In this document: positions 53,296 to 64,000 of the stretch, piece after piece | How positions within the stretch are numbered: the first letter of the stretch is position 1 | How the letters are laid out: each line of letters starts with the position of its first letter | DNA from: Camelus dromedarius | Lineage: Eukaryota | Length of the DNA: 64,000 nucleotides | Direction of reading: 5' to 3' | Assembly: GCF_036321535.1 (NCBI RefSeq) | Contig: NC_087436.1 | Span: 44,270,001 to 44,334,000, forward strand | The notes under the pieces: model-generated | What the model was told of the DNA's origin: nothing | Database searches by the model: none | What the model saw: the letters and a program-made list of their open reading frames with translations, nothing else | Position numbers and translations under genes: made by a program

Positions 53296-53544
53296 TTTAA
53301 ATAATCTTTTGAATTCTTTTTCTAAATTTGTAGCATTATGCTTCTAAAGTTATTAAAGCTTAAAACTAACTATACAGATACTTATGGAGCACTCTATATG
53401 CCTAAGTCTTTATGCATGATACTTAAATTGGGTTAATTAACAGAATTGCTTGGAGGGTTTATGAAAAACACAAATTTCTGGATTTCCTATGCTCTTCTCT
53501 ATATCTTCCCTAGAAATTCTGGGTCTTTCAGTCTGGATGGTACC

Positions 53545-54240
53545 CACAGTCTATGTTTATATAGCACATTTTTTCCTTCCAGCATTCTCTCTGGTGTGTT
53601 CATTCTAACCACTGCATAGTACTTTGTAACGTTCAGCATGTTGTATCTATTTTCCCAGGGAGGGACATCCAAATTGCCTCTACTTCCCATCACCACCAGC
53701 AACACTGTGATGAACATTGTCGTGCTTTCCCACTTACAGATTTGCTGGAATTCCATGGGACACATACCCAGGAAAATCCTTAACTGGACTGAATACTGCC
53801 AGTGCACTCTTCTTCAGGGTGGCTGATGACTTCCACTGACAGTGCCCATTATGCTCAATATCACCACATTCCTATCAAGGCTTAACTTTCTATTGCTTTA
53901 TGATTTTTGCTAGTTTATAGGGTGTAGACTTAAATTTCACTGTGGTTTTAATTTGCTAATTTGCATTTATCTGATTAATGATGAACTTGAACATCTTTTT
54001 ATTTTCTTGTTAACCTTTTGGGTTCCTCTTCTTTGAATTGTGTATAATAGCTCTTTATCCTTTTTCTGTGGGATGGAGTTGATTCAATTTGGAAACTTAT
54101 CTGTAGCAAAAATTAATTCCTTTATGTTGTTTAATTTTTTGACATTATCATTTTATCTTGTCTATTTTTATTTCAGTTTATTTTTATTGCATAAGCAAGT
54201 GCTTTTTTTTAACCTCAAGTTTTAAGATGTATATATTTTT
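53545..54240 (-). mobile_element. Old L1 (L1ME-like) fragment
   Basis: ctgtgatgaacatt...cactgtggttttaatttgc...gaacatcttttt. Confidence 0.7.
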
Positions 54241-55669
54241 GTTGTCTACTTTATATAGAAATGATAGTGACTTAGGTCTTTCCTTTTTCCCTGCAATGAA
54301 AATATCTGTAGTATAACAAAAATTCTCTGCAGACACAACAATATAAGGGAAAATGTCAAGGGAGAAACATTGTAGAGATCTTGCTTTCTTTTTACTCTCC
54401 GGCTGGCCAATTGTATTAGCATGTTTGCCCTAAAAGGAAAATACTGTAATTGAAAATAAAGGTAAACCTTGCTTGCTGTTGCAGGGTCCAAGTGGGCATT
54501 CCATTTGCTCTTGTTGAAACAGGGACCCTATGATAACCCTTTCCTCAGAAAGATTCAGAGATGAAAGTTGTTGTGCTCCTTTGGGCAGCTGAGAGACTTG
54601 TATAAAGAGGCTCTCGGGGTATCTCCTTCACCTTCCCAACGTCACTGTGGTTTCACTGACTGAGGAAGGCTGGCAGGAATGGGATCCAAAGATGTAGGAG
54701 AAAGAAAAGAAATAATACCAGTAAGCCAGCCCATTGTGATCACAGTTCTGCTTTCTTGATGGAGTGGTGCTGAAGGCAAGCGTGTCAGATGACATTAGCA
54801 TTGCATTTTTCACTTCATATGTATTAATAAATTTTTGTAAGTAAAGCGTTTTGCACAAGCTCTCTGTGGTTAGACCACACATCCAGCACAACTGCAAACA
54901 GTCTTTAGCATTTGAGATTCTGTAAAGATTTCTGGGGCTCTTGGTATTAACACAAATTATTGTGTTGTTTGTTTGCTCTTACTTGTGCAAAAGGTTAAGG
55001 ATACAACTTCTATAATTCATGCTATTTATATATCACTGTTGGGGAAATTGAGAAGCAGACATGAAGTATTTTGGCAAGATTACAATGTGTTGATCACAAA
55101 CATATCAGAGTAAAAGCCACGTTTTCTAAGTTCCATCTCTTGCTCTATTAACTGGAGGTTGCTTTCTCAGTTAGGACAAAAAGTCAGTGACAACTTGGTA
55201 TATTATTAAAGTACTAAGCTCAGCCAACAAGATGGAAGGTTATGAAGGTGACGTTTTCATATTTGTCCAATCTTTTTAACTTCTGTACATTTCCACACCT
55301 AACTCCATAAAAAACACTCAGTAGCACATAAAAGAACTGTACCCTACACTCATTGTTTACAGTCTGTGTTCTGAAATTTATCCTTAACCAGTTTTAAAAC
55401 CTGATTCTCTCCTGATCCTCCTGACTCCCTACTGTGTTGTGTTTTTTCTTTTTTCTACCTCAGCTTTTCTTTGGATACAGTTCTCAGTATTCTTTGCTCT
55501 TTTGTTCTCTATCTCACTGTGTTGCATTGGTCACCTCAGGTATTAAGTCTTAGTTAAATTTGGCTCAGGAGCTTCTTACCCTGGAACCACTATCAAGGGA
55601 GATGCTTTCATGAGTCTTGTCCCAGATATTTAGATGGCATCAGATAATTTAAAAACTTTAACTAAGGGT

Positions 55670-56505
55670 TTAAAAGATTGGCAAAATATTTGAACAGACA
55701 CTTCAAAGAGGAAGATATATGAATGGTCAATAAACACAGGAAAGATGCTCAACATCATTAGTCAACAGGAAAATGGAAAATTAAAACAATAGGATCCTAT
55801 TCTACACCTATTAATATGGCTAAATAAAGACAATACCAAGTGTCAGCAACCATGAAAAGCAAACAGAACTTTCATACGTTGCTTGTGGAAGAATAACATA
55901 ATTTACAGCCATTTGGAAAATAGTTTGACAGTTGCATATAAAGTTAAGTATATAGTTACTACAGGACCCACAATTCAACTCCTAGTTATTTACCCAAGCA
56001 AAAGAAAAATATATGACCACATAAAATTTGTACAAAAATGTTCATAGCAGCTTTATTCATAATAGCCTAAAACTAGAAGCCAACCAAATGTCCTTCACAG
56101 GAGAATGAATAAACACATTGTAGTAAATCCATATAATATATTATCACTTGGCAATAAAAATGAACAAATTTACTAATACAGAAATGTGAGTGAATCTTAA
56201 AAACATTATCCTGAGCCAAAGAAACCATACACAAAAGAGTATATACCGTATAATTCCATTTATATGAAATTGCTGAACAGGCTAATTTATAATAATAAAA
56301 GTATTAAGTAGATGCAGAGGACCAGGGGTAGGGGAACTGACTACAAAGGACACTGGAGAACTTTTTTGGGAAAACGGAAATATTCACCTCTTGACTGTGG
56401 TGGTGGTTATAGGAGTGAATATGTTTGTCAAAACTTACCAAAATATGCACTTAAAATGGACACATTTTATTTTTTGTAAATTATACTTCAATAAGTTGAT
56501 AAAAA
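55670..56505 (+). mobile_element. LINE-1 3' end (L1MB-ME-like)
   Basis: ttgaacagacacttca...gatgctcaacatcattagtca...aatgttcatagcagctttattcataatagcc...tgtaaattatacttcaataa. Confidence 0.9.
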
Positions 56506-57104
56506 TGAAACTCAATGGCAAAAGGGACCCCCCCCCCAAAAAAACCCTTAATTAAAGAATTGTAAGGATTTGGGGCAGTTTACAAAAGCTACCATATGAT
56601 GATGTACAGTAATTTGGCTGCATTGTGACAAAAGCATATTGCCTTTGAAAAATGGAATTGTTGTCATTCTTTATTTGCCTATTTTGTGTTAGGAATTATT
56701 TAAGGCACTGGTGTGACCATTGTCTTATTTAATGATTAAAATATCCATGTGAAGTATATATTATTAACCTTATTTAAAAGACAGTACATTTCAGGAAGAA
56801 CAGATATTTTGAGGAGGATTTATTTGTACGTAGGATATAAATAGAGCCTGATTAATTAGGTGGCCTGGCCTGGTATTTTATGTCCATACAATAAGGAGTA
56901 CATCCTCCTGTTTTCCCTAGAAATAGAAAAAAAATATTGACGAAACAGGTTGAACAAACTATTTACATTCTTCAGTAATATTATTTGTATCTGATTATGA
57001 GTAATACTACTGCAGATATTTAAAGTGGTTTTATTACAGCTTGACTAACATTTTTTACAGGTGGAAATTGAGTGCATTCATTATGTTTGATAATTTTTTC
57101 AAGT

Positions 57105-58645
57105 GTCATTAACATTTTTATTCTATCATGGTAAGAATTAACATGAGATTTACCCTTTCATTAAAACAAAACTAAATGTACGTTATTGTTGACTATTGGT
57201 GAGTGTTGAAGGTCTCTAGAGCTTATTCAACTTGTTTAACTTGTGAAGCTTTATGCCCATTGATTACTACCTCCCCATTTCCCCCTCCTTCAGCCCCTGG
57301 CAACCACCATTCCACTCTAATTCTATGATTATTGTAGATACTGCATGTAAGTGAAATCATGACATCTTTGTCTTCCTATAACTGGCTTATTTTACTTAGT
57401 GTAATGTCCTCAAGGTTCATCCATATTATTGCATGTTGCAGAATTTACTTCTTTTAAAAAGGCAGAATACTACTTCATTGTATGTATATACTACATTTTC
57501 TTTACCTATTTATCTGTTGGTGGACATTTAGGTTGTTTCCACATCTTGGCTATTGTGAATGGTGCTGCAACGAACAGGGGAGTGCAACCATCTCTTTGAG
57601 ATCCTGATTTTACTTCTTTTGATTAAATACTTAGAAGTTTGAGGTGATACTTCATTGTGGTTTTGGTACACATTTCTCTGATGATTAGTGACATTGAACA
57701 TTTTTTATATATACCTGAGGGTCACTTGTATGTCTTCTTTGGAGAAATGTCTTTTAAAATTGTTAGCCCATTTTGAATTGGGTTATTGATTTTTTTTTTG
57801 CTAGTGAGTTGTAGGGTTTTTTTGTATATTTTGGAGATTAACCCCTTATCAGATATGTGGTTTGCAAATACTTTTTTTTCCATTCCATAGGTTGTCTTTT
57901 CACGCTTGTTGATTGTCTCTTTTGTGATGCAGAAGCTTTTTAGTCTGATATTGTCCCAGTTGTCTAATTTTACTTTTGTTGCCTGTGCTTTTGGTATTGT
58001 ATCTGTGAAATCATTGCCAAGACCAATGTCATGAAACTTTTCTCCTGTTTTCTTCTGGGAGTTTTATGGTTTCAGGTCTTACAAATTTAAGACTTTGATC
58101 CATTTTTAGGGATGTGTGTGTTTGTGTATAGGTTATAGTGTAAGATAAAGGTTAAATTTCATCCTTTTGCATGTAGACATCCAGTTTTCCCAGTACCATT
58201 TATTAAAGAGACTGTCCTTTCGCCACTGTGTATTCTTGGCACTCTTGTCAATGGTCAGTTAACTATGGATTTATTTCTGGGCTGTCTCTACTATTGGCCT
58301 ATCTGCTGTCTCTATGCCATCACTGTTCTGTTTTGATTACTGTACGCTTTGTAATATATTTTGAAATCAGGACATGTGATGCTTTCAGCTTTGTTCTTCT
58401 TGCCCAGGATTGATTTAGCTATTTGTGGTCTTTTGTGGTTCCATATAAATTGTAGAATTGTTTTTGTCTCTTTCTGTGAAAAATGCCGTAGGATTTTGAC
58501 AGGGACTGCATGAGTCTGTAGATTGCTTTCAGTAGTATGGGCATTTTAACAATATTAAGTCTGGTTCATGTACATAGGATATTTTTTTCCACTTATTTGT
58601 GTCTTTTCAAATTTCTTTCATCAATATTTTGCAATTTTCAGTATA
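57105..58645 (-). mobile_element. LINE-1 3' portion (L1MA-like) with internal deletion near 57640
   Basis: Antisense 3'UTR and ORF2 motifs (ccacatcttggctattgtgaat; gtatgtcttctttggagaaatgtct; ccagttttcccagtaccattt). Confidence 0.9.
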
Positions 58646-60109
58646 TATTTTATAATACTAACTAAAATGGCTAAATATATAATGAATGGAATCTCAAGGT
58701 TACAGACAATTTAAAAGTTAACTTAAAACTACTTAAGGATTTATTACCTTTTGGGAAAGAGGTAAATTTATATAAAATTGTTATTTTTTTTTTGTGACAC
58801 CCATGAAGACCTTAAAATCTCTTGGCTGAGAAATATCATCTTCTTGGCACAGATTTATCTGCATTCTTGAACATAAGTGAACAGATTTTTTAACCTTTCT
58901 ATTTCTTGAATTCTTGTTACAAGTTTATTAAAAAAAAAAAGAGGTTTATTGTAACAGGCATCAAGTTAATAGGTGATATAGAAGCAGCAAGTTCCCATAG
59001 GTCTTAATATCACAATATTATGGATGTTCTTTACATTTGGGGTTGCCGAAGATGTAGAAAATGTCTTTGATCCAATTTCCCCTCTGGAGTCCCTGGTATC
59101 ATCATGAATTCAGTGTTCTACTTCTCTGGGCTACGTACCTCATGGTCAGACATTTGGGAAAACACTTATAACTTTATTGTCCGCATATAACCCTCAGGTT
59201 TTTTGTTTGTTTGTTTGTTTTGCTTAGCTCTTGGCATCACTCTGATCTTTACTTGCCAACTTCAAAGAGGGAAAGAGGAAAGCTAATCTTTCTCCAACTC
59301 TTGCCTGTTATTTCCTTTGTGATTCAGTGTCTCAATGTCTTACGTCCCCTTGTTAGAGTGTGTGGAACTCACCTTCAGTTTATGGATCCTTTAAAAGCTT
59401 CCCCATCTCCCCACATGCAAATTCCTTCCTTCTTCTTTTGATCTCTATAAACCTAAATTGTAAAAATCAATAATAAAAATCAAATAAAAATCAAAGTGAC
59501 TTTATGGCTAAATGGGAGACATAGTTGGGAGCAGTTATTCATAAAAAGCAGTCCTAACTTTAAGGTTAATTATTTCTAATGTTTTATTTTTCTTGCCTTT
59601 AGATCTCCATTCATAACAGTAGCAGAGATGAAAAGGATAAGATGAAAATGCAGTATTTCATGAAATAGGAGCTAATGATTTGAATGTCTTCTTAAAAAGA
59701 TGAGCTGTGATCCTTCCATAGTTTCCAGGAGCCCAACTCTTATTTCATTGTCACTTAACCATTTTATTCTGAGATCATTGTACCAGTTGCTTTACTGGGA
59801 GGATGAGAGGAGAGGATTGCCCTACTATCAGAGCAAATGAAAGACACAAATGAGGACATTTTAGAAATACTTGTTTTCGGTCACTGTTTCTTTTTGGAGG
59901 ATGAGATTCACTGGAAGAGAAGTGTAAATCCCTTATTTCCATAGTTTGGGCCTTTGCTTATCGATTGGTAGGACCTTAGTAGATAGAACTTGTTTTTCTG
60001 AAAAAACATAGATTGCAAGAGTTTTTTTTTAAACTAGGTTATTAGGGCTAAAATAATAATGTGTCTTATAATTAAACAATTCCTGTTTTGCATACCATGT
60101 TCCTCTTAG

Positions 60110-60149
60110 GGCAGACTGCCTCAAATTAATTGATTTGTCACTCCTGCAG
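60110..60149 (+). other. Candidate 40-nt internal exon
   Basis: Acceptor cctgttttgcataccatgttcctcttag| and donor CAG|GTAAGA; only one open frame (xADCLKLIDLSLLQ). Confidence 0.3.
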
Positions 60150-63100
60150 GTAAGAGAATCTGAACAACAGAATTCAGACATCCTGTACCTTAGACATTTC
60201 CTCTTAGGTGTTTGTTGTCTATATTCTAATTACTTGATTTTGATATTTAGTAGACTCCTTTGTGGTAAGTAGGACCTGTTTTGGGGAGATAAAGATAAAA
60301 TCATGCCACAAAAAGCACTTATGTATAAAGTCAGCCACCTAACACTTTTCCAGTGGTAAACCCTTTGATATCTCTGTTTATAACTTCTGATTTCCAAGTA
60401 AGGAATCAAGAAAATAAAATATTTTTCTAAAATTAAAAAAAATTGATGAATATATTCTATGGGATAAATATATAACGTTGACTGTATTAATATGTATTTA
60501 TGTGAATGATGATTAGAAAGTTAAAGACAAAAAATGAAGATAATCATTAGGATGGTGAGATGTTAATCATTAGAAATTCTTTAATTTTATTGTTATATTT
60601 TCTTTTCATGGAGATAGTAATCGGTAAAGCCAGACTTACTAGTAAGATCTCTTCCATTTCCAGAAATTACGGTTTGATTTGATACTGGCTAATCACAGTG
60701 AATGGGGCAAGCTGCTGTTTGTCTAGCTGTTGACTGTTTAGCCATCAGAACACTAGAGGTCACTGTAGCTAGTATTTGTGTCACTGTTTCATAGATTTTT
60801 GTTAAATTGCTGGTGATTTTCTGTTTACTTAAATAACTGAAGGTTTTAAAGGGACTCCTATCTTCCTGATGTAATATATCCCTACGTCTTTGTATGTTTT
60901 TAGAGAGCTGTATCTGTATTTTTCTATTTTCAAAAGCAAGTAATTTAAAAAAGGGGAATATACAAGACAGGTGAGAAATGCCTATTTCTATCAAAATTGG
61001 AAAGTACATGTAGTTTTAAATTTGGATTCGACATTCTTTGTCCCACAATCAAGTCTCAATTTCAGTTTCTCAATTTATTAGCCTGTGACAAAATAGACTT
61101 GAGATGACAGATTCACATGCCACTTGTACTCCTAACAGGTTAGTTACGACATAATTGCAAGCCCCTACGAGAAGCTGTTTTGAGAAGGTACAGAGCAGGA
61201 ATGCTGCTCACCAGCGCCTCCTCTTTGTCATCTCAATCAGGAAGGAAACTTGTGTTCCAAAGACCATCTTGGAAACAGGTCCCTCAGCCACCCTCCTCAG
61301 TGGCTTTAGGGGAGTCCAGTCTCACTGAAGACAAAAGCTGGGTTTGCTGCTTTAACCTGTGAAGGCAGTGGGAGCAGAGGGCCTAGATCTAATTGATGTT
61401 TATTGTTGCCCTTGTTTTGGATTCCAGACCTTTGATAAACCTTCCCCAGTGCGACAAACCCGTGGTTAACTCCACAGCAGAAGGAAGCTATGGAAGCAGA
61501 GCTGCAATTAACCTTCAGGGGCAAAACAAAACATAAAAAACTACGAGGAAGGCTCATTTTTTGCAGATGCAATTCTTCAGGACAGCTGGCAGGTGAAAAC
61601 AATATAACTTAAAATGAAAACATATTTGTATTCATACACAATAACCAGGGAAGAGACATTTATCAAAAAAGGGCTAATTCTTCCTGTTGAAGTGAAGGGA
61701 AAAAAGGAAGAATGTAAAAGACAAAGTGATTATGATTAAAAAGTCGGTTGTTTCTAACACTGGGATTCAAGAGTAAGAATTGTTAGGTGGCTTTTTCTTT
61801 AGATGACCGTGCTCAAAGAGTATGAAAAACCTAACCCTTTCCTCAAAACTTTTCCCATGCTGTTATGTGTAAAGAGGTGGTGTTTATAATGGGAAATATT
61901 CTGTCTTAAGAAGCTGCAAATTCTGGGTAATTGTCAGCAGGCAAAACACTACCTGCTTTAAGCCTCAGTTTCAGTATCTGACGAATTCAAAGAGGCATCT
62001 TAACAGCCTGTAAGCTGACGGCTCTGTCACATTATATTTTGAGACCCTCTGGGGCTCTAGGCTCTGTGACTCTGGGATGCTCTGTAGTGGAGCCTCTTCA
62101 GTAATTTATCCCTTAACAGACTGCTTCCCATGTTAGTAATAACAGGAGGCTGAGGAAAATTCATTAGAAGATTAAGGGAAACAAAAGTCAGAGAGGAGTC
62201 AATCTCTAAACCTAGAAAAGAACAGTATTTGGAGGTAGGGCAGAGAGACCTGGTAGAGGTGGTTGCGTTCGGGAGAAGACACCAGGTGAAAAACAGAGGA
62301 AGAAAGGAGTCAGAATAAGGGCAAAGACAAGGAGGAGTTTTATGCATGAATTAGTTAAGGAGACACATTTAAGAGGTGGGATGACTTATCAGAATTGAGT
62401 CAGACTTGTTGGTTGGTTACCAGTGGTTGTGAATTGTCTGTACATAGTGCTTGTGGGCTGTCCGGTGCTGGTGAATATACAGGATTATAAATTTGGAAGG
62501 CAGATATATCTTCCGTTCATTGTTTGAAAGTATTTTCCCTTCTCAGAAACTATGCTTTGAATTTAGAGGCTGCTATGAAGATTGAACCCTCAAGAGAACC
62601 AAGGCAATGTTGTTTGTGAGGCGTGGTTGAAACCTGGGTCAAGGCCCAGAAATTCTGATGCTGTGAATTGCCGAGTGACTGCTTGGAACCTCTGGGAGCT
62701 GTGATATTGAAGACTCTCAGCTGGAATATATTCTGTACATTAAAAAACTTTTTTTATTGTGTTAGTTTCCATTCCAAATTGCATGTCAGCTTGGGAATAT
62801 GCTGGTATTAGCTTCTCCCCTGGTGTTACAGGGGTAAAGTTCCTCTGCTTTTCTAAATCTGAAACTATTAAACGAGATGCTGTGTGAAGTGAAGGCTTGC
62901 TCCTGTCTTCTTCTTTGCCATCCCTTCTCCCTAAAGTTTAGCTATGGTTTTTAAGCTTCAGAAGTTCTTGGAAATTTTATCTTGGTACTTTTGTTGCTTT
63001 AAATTGATTTGCTATACAAGAGAAGTCCTCCTGGATTTGACCTCTATCCATTTTTCATCTCGTCTTGACATCTACACCAGCTGTTACCAGGTGGTGAAGA

Positions 63101-63234
63101 AGATTGGACAATGGGCTTTTGCTGGCAATAATTCAAAGCATCACTTTCCCTGCACTTTATCTCTGAACTGTGCCGACATTCTCAGTGGTCACTGGGGGGA
63201 GCCACATACCCGTATTCCCTCAGCCTTAACGGAG

Positions 63235-63251
63235 GTTTTTGTTTTGTTTTG

Positions 63252-63282
<31 letters not shown>
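63235..63282. repeat. (GTTTT)n simple repeat
   Basis: Direct reading. Confidence 0.95.
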
Positions 63283-63285
<3 letters not shown>

Positions 63286-64000
63286 TAGCCTGGGATCATA
63301 TTTAGCTTGTGACCAATATGGAAAATATTTTTTTCCAAATGCCTTTGGGAAGAAAGCAGCAATTCAGATCAACAAATTTATGGGTTTAAACTTGAAACAA
63401 AATTTAGACATTCTCTACTTCTTTCTCCAGAGGATGTGGAAACTAATGAAACAGAGAATGCATCCTTAAGGACAAATGCATATTTTCAAAGCACTGCTCT
63501 CTTGTCTTCCTTTTGCGGGTACTTCTGAGAATAGTGGCTGTGAGGTGGTTAAAACTCCAAATATTCTTGTCTTGTTTGGTTTATAAGTACATGCTGTAGA
63601 TATCAGAGCTCCAGCATTCTTCAGGAAGATTAGAAAAACAGCGTTAAAGGACGTATTTTAAATTTCATTTTTCTTGTTTAGCATCTCTAAGCTGTGTCCA
63701 AACTGAATTTTTTTAAATCTCATCATCTAAAAACAGTCTTGAGTCATAGAGTCAAGAGATTATCAATTCTATGGGAAACAGAAAGATGAGTAGTGGCAAG
63801 AGGTATCAGGGCCACTACTCGTACATTGGTTTAAAATAGTGCTTGTTTTGTGCACTGAACACAATGATTAAAAAAAACCTGAGGAAGAGTGATGACATAA
63901 AATGAAGAATGGCATTCCACTGCAGGAACTGGGATTTATTATAAGAATCTTTTTTTTTTTTTGAGGTATGGCATCAAATTGAGAAATATTGGATGCAGGA

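Noticed and set aside
62944..63288. Longest ORF (114 aa) and a CTCF-like ttaccaggtggtga
   Set aside because: No recognisable domain; the ORF ends in a (GTTTT)n repeat; the CTCF match has several mismatches.
297..63469. Short ORFs in the six-frame track as genes
   Set aside because: Many use non-ATG starts or are low-complexity. None resembles a protein I recognise except L1 ORF1/ORF2 fragments, and vertebrate genes would be spliced.
1..64000. CRISPR arrays, operons or other prokaryotic systems
   Set aside because: The sequence is clearly mammalian (L1, L2, MIR, MaLR content) and shows no regularly spaced repeat-spacer array.

Overview
AT-rich mammalian genomic DNA, most likely camelid (alpaca or camel) judging by the tRNA-derived Vic-1-type SINE. 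The window looks intronic or intergenic. I recognise no protein-coding exon of a known gene; the only ORFs with recognisable protein similarity are decayed LINE-1 ORF1/ORF2 fragments. Much of the window is interspersed repeat (L1, L2, MIR, MaLR/ERVL LTRs, hAT MERs). Repeat family names come from recalled consensus sequences, not from a search, and most repeat boundaries are approximate. The most notable items are: (1) a small isolated CpG-rich promoter at ~18.9-19.2 kb with NRF1/YY1/MYB-like motifs, a strong-Kozak ATG, two splice donors and a plausible exon 2, suggesting an unassigned + strand transcript; (2) a 382-bp element with Helitron-type termini and a ~40-bp-stem hairpin at 34.2-34.5 kb; (3) a 34-bp templated insertion with target duplication at 27.3 kb; (4) a tailless tRNA/SINE retrocopy at 29.2 kb; (5) a twin-primed L1 at 52.6-53.3 kb; (6) several repeat-free, motif-dense blocks that may be enhancers.
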